Assembly: GCA_018242725.1 (NCBI GenBank)
Contig: JAFEBI010000006.1
Coordinates: forward strand, 11,888 to 75,887
DNA: 64,000 nt
Reading direction: 5' to 3'
From: Nitrospira sp.
GTDB taxonomy: Bacteria > Nitrospirota > Nitrospiria > Nitrospirales > Nitrospiraceae
Each line of letters begins with the position of its first letter. The stretch's first letter is position 1. The notes beneath the pieces are model-generated. The model worked only from the letters and a program-made list of their open reading frames with translations. It was not told where the DNA came from and searched no databases. Positions 10,985 to 20,838 of this stretch are shown here, one piece after another. The position numbers and the translations under genes are program-made.

Positions 10985-11225
10985 GCAGCTTCTCCTCGTT
11001 GACGGCTTTCCTACGCGTGAGTTGTGAGATGAAACTGTCTCACAGTCGCACCATATCTGAAGGGTTTCAGCATGTCAATAAAACTACTGACTTCCGGTGA
11101 TCTTGACTTGCTTTCTGTGGTCCTATACACTTTCCGATGCTCTTTTCCTAGAATTTTCGAGGCGATCGGAGGTCTGGTACAAGGCCTCGGTGGCCTCTCT
11201 TTCTTCTGTAGAGCGGTAGGATGTC

Positions 11226-12572
11226 ATGCTTGATGCGCTGAGTGAGAAGTTTGAAAAAGTTCTGAAAAAGCTCCGTGGGCAGGGTGTGCTTACCGAGCAG
11301 AACATCACCGAGGCGCTCAAAGAGGTGAGGTTTGCTCTTCTCGAAGCTGATGTCAACTTTAAGATCGTCAAAGAGTTTATCGACCGCGTCCGCGAAAAGG
11401 CGATCGGACAGGAGGTTCTGCAGAGTCTGACCCCGGGACATCAGGTTGTCAAGGTCGTCTGGGATGAACTCCGGGCGATGATGGGACAGGATCGGGTTGG
11501 TCTCGCCCTCCATTCCCAACCACCGACCGTGGTCATGATGGTTGGACTGCAGGGGGCCGGCAAGACGACGGCCAGCGGTAAACTCGCGCGTCTTTTCAAA
11601 AATCAAGGTAAGCGAGTGCTCCTGGTTGCCGCGGATCCGCGTCGTCCTGCCGCTGGAGAGCAGTTGAGTGCGCTGGGGCGAGATCTTGGAGTCGAGGTGC
11701 ATCGTGTCGATCAGGCACAGGCTTCACAATCCGATGTCGTGCGGATCTGCAGTGGCGGTGTGGACCGAGGCCGAACACAGGGCTTTGATGTAGTCATTCT
11801 GGATACCGGCGGTCGCTTGCACATTGATGACGAGTTGATGGGGGAATTGACTGCGGTGAAGGCCGCAGCGGCCCCTCACGAAGTGTTGTTAGTCGCCGAC
11901 GCCATGACCGGCCAGGATGCTGTCACCATGGCTGGACAGTTCGATCAACGCGTCGGCATCACCGGCGTTATCTTGACCAAAGTCGAGGGGGATGCGCGCG
12001 GAGGGGCAGTCTTATCGATTCGGGCCGCGACGGGAAAACCGATCAAGTTTTTGGGTGTCGGAGAAAAACTTGATGCGCTCGAACCGTTTCATCCGGATCG
12101 GATGGCTTCTCGCATTCTCGGGATGGGCGATGTGCTGTCGCTCATTGAAAAAGCACAGGAAAGCATCACGCGGGAACAGGCGGAGGAAGCTCAGAAACGG
12201 CTCACCAGCAATACGTTCACGTTGGAAGATTTTCGGACCCAGTTGGGACAGATGAATCGCATGGGTTCCTTTGAGCAGATTTTAGGCATGTTGCCTGGTG
12301 GACAAAAGCTCAAAGAAGCGATGGAAGGGGACAAGCCAGAGCGCGAGATCAGTCGTGTGGTTGCCGTGATTGATTCGATGACCATAAAAGAGCGTCGTGA
12401 TCATACGATCATTAATGGAAGCCGAAAAAAAAGGATTGCGCGGGGAAGCGGTACGACGGTGCAGGATGTGAATCGGCTGATCAAGCAATTCCTGTCTGCA
12501 AAGAAATTGGCAAAGGCAATGACCGGTGCGGGAGGGCGTCGGCAACTCGCCCAGCTCTTGCGTGCGCGGTAA
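11226..12572 (+). CDS. ffh: Signal recognition particle protein Ffh
   Basis: N domain, SRP54 GTPase (GLQGAGKTT, DTGGR, TKVEGD) and Met-rich M domain. Confidence 0.97.
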   Translation: MLDALSEKFEKVLKKLRGQGVLTEQNITEALKEVRFALLEADVNFKIVKEFIDRVREKAIGQEVLQSLTPGHQVVKVVWDELRAMMGQDRVGLALHSQPPTVVMMVGLQGAGKTTASGKLARLFKNQGKRVLLVAADPRRPAAGEQLSALGRDLGVEVHRVDQAQASQSDVVRICSGGVDRGRTQGFDVVILDTGGRLHIDDELMGELTAVKAAAAPHEVLLVADAMTGQDAVTMAGQFDQRVGITGVILTKVEGDARGGAVLSIRAATGKPIKFLGVGEKLDALEPFHPDRMASRILGMGDVLSLIEKAQESITREQAEEAQKRLTSNTFTLEDFRTQLGQMNRMGSFEQILGMLPGGQKLKEAMEGDKPEREISRVVAVIDSMTIKERRDHTIINGSRKKRIARGSGTTVQDVNRLIKQFLSAKKLAKAMTGAGGRRQLAQLLRAR

Positions 12573-12613
12573 TCGATTCAGAAGACTCGAACCAGTGTAA
12601 AGGAGGAATCGTT

Positions 12614-12910
12614 GTGGCAGTACATTTGAGGCTCGCTCGCACAGGACGACATAAACGGCCGATGTATCGGGTGGTGGCGGCAGACTCGCGGAAAGCACGC
12701 GACGGCCGTTTCATCGAGATTCTCGGAATTTTTGACCCATTGAAAGAAGCAGGTGTGCCGGAGCTCAAGCAGGAGCGGGTGCTGACGTGGCTTCACCAAG
12801 GGGCGCAACCGACGGTCACCGTGCGGACATTGCTGCGCCGCGCAGGGGTCTGGAAGCAGTTTGAGGCGGAAAAGTCCGCGCAGAAGAAGGCGGCGCCGGC
12901 CAAAGCCTAA
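12614..12910 (+). CDS. rpsP: 30S ribosomal protein S16
   Basis: GTG start after AGGAGG. AVHLRLARTGRHKRPMYRVVAADSR..DGRFIE is the S16 signature region. Confidence 0.95.
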   Translation: MAVHLRLARTGRHKRPMYRVVAADSRKARDGRFIEILGIFDPLKEAGVPELKQERVLTWLHQGAQPTVTVRTLLRRAGVWKQFEAEKSAQKKAAPAKA

Positions 12911-12918
12911 TTCGGGCT

Positions 12919-13437
12919 ATGGTGAGTCAACCGGAAACCGTGACGGTGGGACGGATCGAACGGCCGTTTGGCGTTCGTGGAGAAGTTAAGGTCCGTTCCC
13001 TTTCCGATGTCCCAGGTCGGCTGGAAGGGTTGACGCATGTCAGTCTTCTGGCCACAAACGGAAGGACGCTGGAAACGGGTGTCACCCATGTGAGGCGGGC
13101 GGGAACGAGCTTTATTCTTGGGTTGTCCGCGTTCACCACACCAGAAGAAGCGGGTCTTTGGCGGGGGGGATTGATTCAGACGGTTCGCGGGGCTATCCCT
13201 GCGCTTCCAGCTGGGCAGTACTACGAGTGCGATTTGGTGGGGCTTGTCGTCCAGACGGAGTCAGGGGAGCCGCTCGGTGCTGTGGAAGAGATTTGGGAAT
13301 TGCCAGGAAATTCTCTGATCGTTGTTCGTAATGGAAGTAAAGAGGTCTTGATCCCAGCGGCAAAAGAGTTCGTGCTCGGAGTTGATCTGATCGCTCGAAT
13401 CATGACGGTGCGGTTGATCGACGGGCTTGGTGATTAG
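12919..13437 (+). CDS. rimM: 16S rRNA processing protein RimM
   Basis: VGRIERPFGVRGEVKV N-terminal motif and PRC-barrel C-terminus. Canonical rpsP-rimM-trmD-rplS context. Confidence 0.93.
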   Translation: MVSQPETVTVGRIERPFGVRGEVKVRSLSDVPGRLEGLTHVSLLATNGRTLETGVTHVRRAGTSFILGLSAFTTPEEAGLWRGGLIQTVRGAIPALPAGQYYECDLVGLVVQTESGEPLGAVEEIWELPGNSLIVVRNGSKEVLIPAAKEFVLGVDLIARIMTVRLIDGLGD

Positions 13438-13439
13438 TC

Positions 13440-14225
13440 ATGATACGGTTCGATGTCCTGACGCTGTTCCCAGGTATGTTCGCGCCGGTTTTGGCGCAGA
13501 GCATGCTCAAGCGTGGCCAGGAGAAGGGGCTTCTCGCCGTGCGGGTGCACAATCTGCGAGACTTTACAGCGGATCGCCACAAGGTCGTTGATGATACGCC
13601 GTACGGAGGTGGTGCGGGGATGGTCATGAAAGCCGAACCGATTCTCCAGGCGGTTTCTGCGGTGCGGAGAGAGGCTCAATCGCAAGGAGAAGAGATTCGG
13701 GTATTGTTTCCGACTCCTCATGGGCGTCCGTTGACACAGTCGTATGCGCAAGAATTGGCGACGGAATCTCGTCGAATGGTGATTCTGTGTGGGCACTATG
13801 AAGGTGTGGATGAACGTGTCCGTCTCGCGTTGGCGCCTGAAGAGGTTTCACTCGGCGATTATGTGCTCACGGGAGGTGAACTGCCGGCGCTAGTGTTGAT
13901 CGATGCCACGACAAGGCTCGTTCCTGGCGTGTTGGGCGATCCAAGTTCTGCCGTCGATGAGTCATTTTCTGAGTCGCTCTTAGAGTATCCACAGTACACG
14001 AGGCCGGCGGAGATCGACGGTATCACGGTGCCGGAGGTCTTGTTGTCTGGTCATCATGAGGCCATTCGCTTGTGGCGTCGAAAACAGGCCTTGCGTAGCA
14101 CGTATCTCAGACGCCCCGATTTGCTGCGGGATCGGACGTTCACGAAAGAGGATCGACAATTGTTGGATGAGTTGATGAATGAAGGCCTGTTGACGGCCCC
14201 GTTATTATGTGAGGAGGAGGGTTGA
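13440..14225 (+). CDS. trmD: tRNA (guanine37-N1)-methyltransferase TrmD
   Basis: [11 protein letters not shown].., [38 protein letters not shown] motifs. Confidence 0.96.
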   Translation: MIRFDVLTLFPGMFAPVLAQSMLKRGQEKGLLAVRVHNLRDFTADRHKVVDDTPYGGGAGMVMKAEPILQAVSAVRREAQSQGEEIRVLFPTPHGRPLTQSYAQELATESRRMVILCGHYEGVDERVRLALAPEEVSLGDYVLTGGELPALVLIDATTRLVPGVLGDPSSAVDESFSESLLEYPQYTRPAEIDGITVPEVLLSGHHEAIRLWRRKQALRSTYLRRPDLLRDRTFTKEDRQLLDELMNEGLLTAPLLCEEEG

Positions 14226-14229
14226 GGAC

Positions 14230-14637
14230 ATGAATCAGTTGGAGCGAATTCAGCGATCATTGACGAAAAAGTCAGTTCCGCACTTCGAGATCGGAGACAC
14301 CGTACGTGTCCATGTCAAAGTCGTGGAAGGAGAGAAGGAGCGTATTCAGGTGTATGAAGGGACGGTCATCGCCCGTAAGGGCAGCTTGAACACCGAAATG
14401 TTCACGGTCAGGAAACTCTCGTACGGCGTAGGTGTCGAGCGGATTTTCCCCGTACATTCTCCGATTGTGTCTAAGATTGATGTCGTGCGCCAGGGGCGCG
14501 TTCGACGTGCCAAACTGTACTATCTCCGCGGCAAGAAAGGGCGGTTTGCGAAAGTTGAGGAGCGGGAGTTTGTCGGAGAGAGCAAATCCTCGGCCCAGCC
14601 TGCGGCAGCACCCGCAGAAGGAGCGGCCACGGCCTAG
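14230..14637 (+). CDS. rplS: 50S ribosomal protein L19
   Basis: [32 protein letters not shown].. is the L19 pattern. Start at the ATG at 14230 after a GAGGAGGAGGG RBS. C-terminal Ala/Pro-rich extension. Confidence 0.95.
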   Translation: MNQLERIQRSLTKKSVPHFEIGDTVRVHVKVVEGEKERIQVYEGTVIARKGSLNTEMFTVRKLSYGVGVERIFPVHSPIVSKIDVVRQGRVRRAKLYYLRGKKGRFAKVEEREFVGESKSSAQPAAAPAEGAATA

Positions 14638-14702
14638 CCAGCTCTGCGCAGGCGTTCCATCACGGCTGGCCGATTGGCAGGATCGTCGGTAGAGAGCGAT
14701 TG

Positions 14703-15362
14703 ATGGGACCTACTGATGAATTTGAACGAGCAGCCCGACTCTGTGGATATCGTCGTATTGCTGGAATTGATGAAGCAGGGCGTGGTCCATTGGCTGGACC
14801 TGTGGTGGCGGCTGCGGTGATCCTTCCGGTACGCAGTCGGCTTGTTGGGGTGAATGATTCGAAGCAACTGTCAGAGCGTGAACGCGAGCGATTCCACATC
14901 GCTATCTGTGAGCAGGCGGTGGGAATGGGGATCGGCTGGGCCGACGTTGCAGAAATCGACCGGTTGAACATTCTTGAGGCGACTCGTCTTGCCATGCGGC
15001 GGGCTCTCGAGCAGCTGGTTCCGTCACCCCATTATGTGCTCATCGATGCGGTGAGCCTACCCGGTGTCAGCGTTCCGGTACGGCCGATCATCAAAGGAGA
15101 TTCCTTATCTATCTCGATTGCTGCTGCCTCTATCGTGGCTAAGGTCACGAGAGATCGGCTGATGGCGCGCTATCATGACATGTTCCCGGAATACGGGTTT
15201 CTCTCGCACAAGGGATATGGGACGGCGGAACACCTTGAACGGCTTGCGCACCACGGCCCCTGCTCCATCCATCGTCGAAGTTTTGCTCCAGTCAAACTTG
15301 CCATGAGAGCAAGAAAGATGGAGAAGGCTCATCTGATAGGTCACACGTTATCCGAGGCCTAA
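14703..15362 (+). CDS. rnhB: Ribonuclease HII
   Basis: IAGIDEAGRGPLAGPVVAAAV, DSK.L, ASIVAK motifs. Confidence 0.95.
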   Translation: MGPTDEFERAARLCGYRRIAGIDEAGRGPLAGPVVAAAVILPVRSRLVGVNDSKQLSERERERFHIAICEQAVGMGIGWADVAEIDRLNILEATRLAMRRALEQLVPSPHYVLIDAVSLPGVSVPVRPIIKGDSLSISIAAASIVAKVTRDRLMARYHDMFPEYGFLSHKGYGTAEHLERLAHHGPCSIHRRSFAPVKLAMRARKMEKAHLIGHTLSEA

Positions 15363-15366
15363 CCCC

Positions 15367-15747
15367 ATGGTCGCTGCAGACTCGCGTCACCAGTTCGGCC
15401 AAGACAGCGAGATGCGGGCGGAGCAGTTCTTGATCGCGAAGGGTTATCGTATTCTTGCCAGAAATGTGCGGCTGTCAATCGGTGAATTGGATCTCGTCGC
15501 GGACGATCAGGGTGTCATCGTCTTTGTCGAGGTCAAGGGCAGAAATACTGAGGCGTTTGGAGGCGCGCTGTCGGCGGTGGATCGTCGCAAGCGGGCAAAA
15601 CTGTCGAAGCTGGCCGCGCAGTATCTGGCGCAGCGGCACTGGTCTGACAAGCTCTGTCGATTCGATGTTGTCTTGGTCCAAGGGCAGCCATCGGCCTCAG
15701 CGCAAATTGAGCACATCCCCAATGCGTTTGATGTCACTGAGTCGTGA
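15367..15747 (+). CDS. yraN: YraN family (UPF0102) endonuclease-like protein
   Basis: GELDLVA...VFVEVK..R pattern and position immediately after rnhB. Confidence 0.9.
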   Translation: MVAADSRHQFGQDSEMRAEQFLIAKGYRILARNVRLSIGELDLVADDQGVIVFVEVKGRNTEAFGGALSAVDRRKRAKLSKLAAQYLAQRHWSDKLCRFDVVLVQGQPSASAQIEHIPNAFDVTES

Positions 15748-15777
15748 CAGGTCTCATCTCTATCGAGAGGGGTCTTC

Positions 15778-16467
15778 GTGGACGCGATGATTCAGCTCAT
15801 CCATGTCTCGAAATGGTACGACCGAAGACCGGCATTGTCCGACGTCATGATCGAGATCGAGAAGGGGGAGTTCGTGCTGCTCATGGGCCCCAGTGGATCG
15901 GGAAAGTCGACGATCCTTCGCATGCTGATTGGGGAGGAGCAACCTGATGAAGGACAACTCTTTGTCCAAGGCAAGAATGTCACAAAATTGAAGCGGTCTG
16001 AGATCCCATACCTGCGACGAAAAGTAGGGTCGGTCTTTCAGGACTTCCGATTGCTGTCGAAGAAATCAGTATTTGACAATGTGGCACTCCCGTTGATCGT
16101 GCAGGGTGTCTCAGAAAAAGATATTCGACGTAAGGTCACGGAAGCGTTGCGGGCGGTCGGCGTTGAGCATAAGCGGGACCAGTCACCCAGCAGTCTTTCC
16201 ACCGGAGAGCAACAGCGAGCGTGCATCGCTCGGGCGATCGTGAACGGACCGGTCGTTCTGTTGGCGGATGAGCCGACGGGCAATCTTGATCCGGAACTCA
16301 CGGGTGAGATCATCGAGCTGTTCAAACTGATCAATGCCCGTGGTACCACGGTGGTCGTGGCGACACATAATCATCATGTCATGCATCAAGTGAATTGCCG
16401 AGTGATCAGTTTGATGCAGGGCGTCGTCCTTCCGGAACGGGCGATGCCTGAGCGGGTCGGCGTATGA
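15778..16467 (+). CDS. ftsE: Cell division ATP-binding protein FtsE
   Basis: ABC ATPase (GPSGSGKST, LSTGEQQR, LLADEPTGNLD) followed by ftsX with a 4-nt overlap. GTG 15778 or ATG 15787 as start. Confidence 0.93.
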   Translation: MDAMIQLIHVSKWYDRRPALSDVMIEIEKGEFVLLMGPSGSGKSTILRMLIGEEQPDEGQLFVQGKNVTKLKRSEIPYLRRKVGSVFQDFRLLSKKSVFDNVALPLIVQGVSEKDIRRKVTEALRAVGVEHKRDQSPSSLSTGEQQRACIARAIVNGPVVLLADEPTGNLDPELTGEIIELFKLINARGTTVVVATHNHHVMHQVNCRVISLMQGVVLPERAMPERVGV

Positions 16468-17363
16468 GGCGGCTTTTCTATCTTGTTCGCGAGGCCTGGG
16501 CCAATATGCGGACGAATCGCATGACGACGATCGTTGCCATCTTGACCACGGCGTTTACGCTGACCTGTGTTGGAATCTTTCTCCTTCTCTATGTGAATTT
16601 ACAGCATGCGGCGGGATGGCTTCAGGAAGACGTCAAGATCATGGTGTATTTGGAGGATCGGCTCTCTCGAGATGGGCGTCTGCAGCTGGAACTCATGCTC
16701 AAGTCCGATCACATGGTAGGCAGTGTGCTCTTTATCTCGAAGGAACAGGCGTTGACAGAGTTCCGCGCGCAATTTCCCGCAGATTCTCATCTACTCGAAG
16801 GGCTTGGCGAGAATCCTCTCCCGGCCTCATTCGTCGTGACACTGGCCCAGAATTTTCGTTCTCCCGAGGCCATCAAAGGGTGGGTCGACCAAGTTCAAAC
16901 CATGGGAGGAGTGGCAAAGGTCGACTATAATCAGCAATGGATCAGCCTGTTGGCCGAGCTCATCGGCTATATTGAGTTGGTAGCGCTCGGCGTAGGGATT
17001 CTCCTCTCCGCCGCCGCGGTGACGATCATCGGCAATACGATCAGGCTTACCTTGTTTACCAGACGAGAAGAGATCGAAATTCTTCGCTCGATCGGAGCCA
17101 CCGGCACCTTCATCCGTGTTCCATACTTCCTCGAAGGAGCGGTGCTGGGAGCCTGTGGCAGCGCCTTATCCTTGGGAATTCTCAAGGTCGGGTTCGAACT
17201 GTTCCGGCAACAAGTTCAATTCGTCAACCGTTTCAGCGAAATGGAGGGGCTGATATCATTTTTCCCACTCTCTGCTTGTCTCGCGCTGGTCCTCGCTGGA
17301 ACGGCACTGGGTTTTACCGGCAGTGTGGTCTCGCTTCTGCGCATTGGAGAAGGACGTGTATGA
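16464..17363 (+). CDS. ftsX: Cell division permease FtsX
   Basis: Four-TM FtsX topology with a large periplasmic loop. ATGA overlaps with both neighbours. Confidence 0.9.
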   Translation: MRRLFYLVREAWANMRTNRMTTIVAILTTAFTLTCVGIFLLLYVNLQHAAGWLQEDVKIMVYLEDRLSRDGRLQLELMLKSDHMVGSVLFISKEQALTEFRAQFPADSHLLEGLGENPLPASFVVTLAQNFRSPEAIKGWVDQVQTMGGVAKVDYNQQWISLLAELIGYIELVALGVGILLSAAAVTIIGNTIRLTLFTRREEIEILRSIGATGTFIRVPYFLEGAVLGACGSALSLGILKVGFELFRQQVQFVNRFSEMEGLISFFPLSACLALVLAGTALGFTGSVVSLLRIGEGRV

Positions 17364-18541
17364 GACTCCCTCTCCTCTTGTTGACAGGGCTTCTTGCATT
17401 CGGAGGCTGGCCCATGCCTGTTGAGGCGGCCACGGATCCCCTCGTCGAAAAAATTCAGCGTGAACGAAAGCGTCTTGAAACGCTGAAAGACAAGATCGAA
17501 GAAAAGCGGAAGCGGGAGGAAGCTGCCGAAAAAAAGCGGGAATCCGTGTTACAGGGACTCCAATCCTTGGATGAACGATTGGTCCATCATCGACAAGATC
17601 ATCAGGACATCAATCGGAAATTGCGACAAAAGGATCGTGAGCTGGATGAAATTACAGAACAATTGGTGGCAACGCGGACCAGCGTCCAATCGCGACGGGA
17701 GGCCATCTTGGCCCGACTTCGCGTGCAGTACATGGAAGGCCGGTTTGGATATGTGAAGGCGCTCTTGACCGCTGATTCGTACGGAGATCTTCAACGCCGC
17801 GGGCAGTATCTCTCCGCCGTCTCGCAGAAGGACTACGAACTCCTTCGAGGTTTTCGGGCCGACATGGCGCGGATGGAGCAGGCCGAGCATCAGCGGGCTG
17901 ACGCTCGAGATGGTCTGATGGTCTTCAAGCAAAACATCGAAAAGAAGCTCACCGACATTCGAGTGCTTCAAAAAGAGAAAACCCTCTATCTGACGAAAAT
18001 CACACATCAAAAAGATGCCTATCATCGTGCGGTCGAAGAGCTGGAACGGTCAGCTTCGCGGGTGGATCACTTGCTGCAAGACTTGGAATCGCGTCGGCGG
18101 GCCGTGGCCATGCACCCACCGACGACGGCATCGCTCCCACGTGGCGTCCGAGGGGCGTTGCCCTGGCCGACCGAAGGACAGGTGGTGTCGTTCTTCGGAC
18201 GGCAGAAGCATCCCACCTTTGACACCTATGTCCAACGCAAAGGGATCGAAATTCGTACGACCGAGGGAAGTCTGATTCATGCCGTGATGCCTGGGAGCAC
18301 TGTCTATGCGGACTGGTTGAAAGGGTACGGACTCGTTATAATCCTGGATCATGCCAACGGGTTCTTCTCGCTGTATGCCCATGCGTCCAAGATTTTGACC
18401 AAGGTTGGTGAGCAGGTGGTCGAAGGCCAGACGATTGGGGAAACCGGAGACACGGGCATGACGGGAGAAAATACATTATACTTTGAGTTGCGCGAGGGAG
18501 CTGAGCCGGTCGATCCGCTCCACTGGCTGACGAAGAAATAA
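17360..18541 (+). CDS. EnvC-like murein hydrolase activator (coiled coil + M23/LytM domain)
   Basis: Signal peptide from the ATG at 17360 (ATGA overlap with the ftsX stop), long coiled coil, C-terminal M23 domain (GIEIRT.., LYAHASK..). ftsEX-envC context. Confidence 0.88.
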   Translation: MRLPLLLLTGLLAFGGWPMPVEAATDPLVEKIQRERKRLETLKDKIEEKRKREEAAEKKRESVLQGLQSLDERLVHHRQDHQDINRKLRQKDRELDEITEQLVATRTSVQSRREAILARLRVQYMEGRFGYVKALLTADSYGDLQRRGQYLSAVSQKDYELLRGFRADMARMEQAEHQRADARDGLMVFKQNIEKKLTDIRVLQKEKTLYLTKITHQKDAYHRAVEELERSASRVDHLLQDLESRRRAVAMHPPTTASLPRGVRGALPWPTEGQVVSFFGRQKHPTFDTYVQRKGIEIRTTEGSLIHAVMPGSTVYADWLKGYGLVIILDHANGFFSLYAHASKILTKVGEQVVEGQTIGETGDTGMTGENTLYFELREGAEPVDPLHWLTKK

Positions 18542-18606
18542 AGAGAAGTCGGGAACGCGCCTCCAGACCGAATGGTTCGATGGCGTAAGAAAGAAGGGAT
18601 GAAAAG

Positions 18607-19965
18607 ATGATGGAACAGCAGCCGCGGCGGAAATCTTGGGTGGTCGGGCCGATGATTGCACTCGCCCTGCTTGGTGGCGTCATCATCGGAAAGGGTTGGG
18701 AGCGAACCGGACATGCCAGCGAAACCTACGAGGAACTGAAGACCTTCTCGGAAGTGCTGAACCAGGTTCAGAAGCACTATGTCGACGAGACAAAACCGAA
18801 AGATTTGATCCAAGGTGCTATTCGGGGGATGCTGTCGACGCTCGATCCGCACTCTGCCTATATGACGCCTGAGATGTACAAAGAGATGCAGGTTGAAACC
18901 AGAGGGGAATTTGGAGGAGTCGGGATCCAAATCGGCGTGAAGGATAATCGGTTGGCGGTGATCGCCCCGATCGAAGGCACACCTGCTCATCGAGCCGGAA
19001 TCAAGGCAGGGGATTTCATCACCAAGGTCAATGAAGATCCGACCAAAGATCTGACGTTGATGGATGCCGTGCAGAAGATGCGGGGGCCGAAGGGGAGTAA
19101 AGTCAATCTGACCATTCAACGCGATGGTGCGACAGATCCCTTGGTGTTTACCCTCGTTCGAGACACCATCAAAATTGAAAGTGTGAAGTCCAAGGTGATC
19201 GATAACCTCGGCTACGTTCGGCTCACCCAGTTCCAAGAAGCCACGGGGAGGGACTTGGCCAAAGCGATCAAGCAATTTAAGGAGCAGAAGGTCCAGGGCG
19301 CGATCCTCGACCTGCGAAATAATCCAGGCGGGTTACTGACGGCGGCGGTTGATGTGTCCGAGCAATTCCTGCCGACTGGAAAGCTGGTGGTCTATACCAA
19401 GAGCCGAGAAGGGAAGAAGGATGAATGGGTTGCGAAGGCAAAAGATCAGTTGGAGGACCTTCCTGTCATTATCCTTGTGAACGAGGGCTCGGCGAGCGCA
19501 TCGGAAATCGTCGCGGGAGCGCTCCAAGATTGGGGTCGAGGTCTCGTGGTGGGAACCACATCGTTTGGAAAAGGATCGGTTCAGACCATCTTGGCGTTGG
19601 GAGATGGGTCAGGACTTCGCCTCACGACTGCGAAGTACTATACGCCGAAAGGTCGATCGATCCAGTCGACCGGGATTACTCCCGATATTGTGGTGAAGCT
19701 GTCTGCGCCAGTGGTGGCCAAGGCGACTGAAGGGAAGTCTGGAGAGAAGGAAGCCGAACCGAAAGCGGTCAAGCCTCCGACAGGGAAAGATGCCGCACCA
19801 CAGAACGGGAAGTCTCCGGATGAGGGAGGGTCAAAGAATGGGACGCCTTCACCAGCCTTGCCCGAAGCGGGTGGGGAACTTTCACTTGAGCAAGATGTGC
19901 AGCTGCAAAAGGCTGTAGAATTGTTAAAGAGCTGGAAGATATTTAAGGAACTCAAGGCGTCATAG
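18607..19965 (+). CDS. ctp: Carboxy-terminal processing protease (S41) with PDZ domain
   Basis: PDZ (GTPAHRAGIKAGDFI), S41 catalytic region (LVNEGSASASEIVAGALQD..TSFGKGSVQ). Low-complexity C-terminal tail. Confidence 0.93.
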   Translation: MMEQQPRRKSWVVGPMIALALLGGVIIGKGWERTGHASETYEELKTFSEVLNQVQKHYVDETKPKDLIQGAIRGMLSTLDPHSAYMTPEMYKEMQVETRGEFGGVGIQIGVKDNRLAVIAPIEGTPAHRAGIKAGDFITKVNEDPTKDLTLMDAVQKMRGPKGSKVNLTIQRDGATDPLVFTLVRDTIKIESVKSKVIDNLGYVRLTQFQEATGRDLAKAIKQFKEQKVQGAILDLRNNPGGLLTAAVDVSEQFLPTGKLVVYTKSREGKKDEWVAKAKDQLEDLPVIILVNEGSASASEIVAGALQDWGRGLVVGTTSFGKGSVQTILALGDGSGLRLTTAKYYTPKGRSIQSTGITPDIVVKLSAPVVAKATEGKSGEKEAEPKAVKPPTGKDAAPQNGKSPDEGGSKNGTPSPALPEAGGELSLEQDVQLQKAVELLKSWKIFKELKAS

Positions 19966-19982
19966 CAGAGATAGTGACAAGA

Positions 19983-20015
19983 CTGCCCTTCCGCCTCATG
20001 GAGGTTGAAGGGTAG
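19983..20015. terminator. Hairpin between convergent ctp and HhH genes (possible bidirectional terminator)
   Basis: CTGCCCTTCCGCCTC-ATG-GAGGTTGAAGGGTAG imperfect stem. No U-tract. Confidence 0.3.
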
Positions 20016-20042
20016 CAAGGTTCTTAACTTGGTCTTAACCTC

Positions 20043-20513
20043 CTAATGCTCGTGATGGTGGATCCGTTGTTGGACCGCTTGTAACAACTTTTCTTCTGAT
20101 CCTGAGAAGCTCGGGAGGGTTCTAAGTAAGTGAGACTGGATGAGTTGGGCCAGATCGGGCAAAGTCTTGATACTCAGTCTGAAGTACAAGTACGAGACGA
20201 GTGAATCCGACAGTCCCGGAAGTGTTGCCCAACTCTTAACCTCCTCGGGGAGTGGAGTTTTCAGCTCTTCGTAGGCACGGATCTTCCCGATCTCAAGAAA
20301 CTCCTCGATCTTTTTGGCCAAATCCGTGCCGATCCCGTCAATTTCTTCAAGCTCCTGGCGCTGTGCCACCACTGCCACATCTTCTTCAAGGGCAAGCAAT
20401 GCATCCGCCGCATGTCGATAGGCCCGCACGCGATAGGGGTTCGCTCGTTGAGCTGACAGGAGATCGGCCATTGAGCGAAAAAGCCCTGCGAGATGCTGAT
20501 TGTTGTTCTGCAT
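20043..20513 (-). CDS. Stand-alone helix-hairpin-helix protein resembling the PolX N-terminal (8-kDa + fingers) region
   Basis: NPYRVRAYRHAA..L, IDGIGTDLAKKIEEFLEIGKI and a second HhH (LPGLSD..) match the N-terminal third of family X polymerases. No palm or PHP domain. Ends HHHEH. Confidence 0.65.
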   Translation of the reverse strand: MQNNNQHLAGLFRSMADLLSAQRANPYRVRAYRHAADALLALEEDVAVVAQRQELEEIDGIGTDLAKKIEEFLEIGKIRAYEELKTPLPEEVKSWATLPGLSDSLVSYLYFRLSIKTLPDLAQLIQSHLLRTLPSFSGSEEKLLQAVQQRIHHHEH

Positions 20514-20573
20514 GGGGAAACTCTTGATGGACTATTGTGCGGTTTTCACCGATACCGGCGCAAGCCCCATTTG

Positions 20574-20603
20574 TTGACAAGGCGAATTCCTGTCCCATAG
20601 GAT
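20574..20603 (+). promoter_or_regulatory. Sigma70-like promoter upstream of thiS
   Basis: TTGACA (20574-20579), 18-nt spacer, TAGGAT (20598-20603). The predicted start site would fall at or next to the thiS ATG at 20611. Confidence 0.3.
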
Positions 20604-20610
20604 GACAAGC

Positions 20611-20829
20611 ATGCAGAATGCCATTAAAATCCATGTGAATGGTGAAGCGAAGACCTGGCGCAGCGGTGCAACGGTTGCCGATCTCTTGACAGAGTTGGAC
20701 ATCAAGACCGAACGTGTGGCTGTGGAGCTGAATCTTGAAATTCTCGATCGTGCGGCATTCAGCCAGCGCCAGATCAAAGACGGAGATCGGGTGGAGATTA
20801 TGAGTTTCATCGGTGGCGGATCATTTTGA
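20611..20829 (+). CDS. thiS: Sulfur carrier protein ThiS
   Basis: About 70-aa beta-grasp pattern (I.VNGE......TV.DLL..L......VAVE.N..I......Q..I.DGD.VEI..FIGGG) directly upstream of thiG. Ends GGGSF rather than GG. Confidence 0.88.
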   Translation: MQNAIKIHVNGEAKTWRSGATVADLLTELDIKTERVAVELNLEILDRAAFSQRQIKDGDRVEIMSFIGGGSF

Positions 20830-20838
20830 GAGGACAGC

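Noticed and set aside
20514-20610. TPP riboswitch upstream of thiS.
   Set aside because: No THI-box core (CUGAGA ... ACCUGA ... GGGA pattern) could be found on the plus strand.
20611-20829. ThiS (a beta-grasp, Gly-Gly protein near the proteasome operon) as a substitute protein tag for the Pup-less locus.
   Set aside because: It sits in a standard thiS-thiG-thiE arrangement. Proximity to arc is adequately explained by operon packing, and the sequence shows nothing linking it to Dop or PafA.
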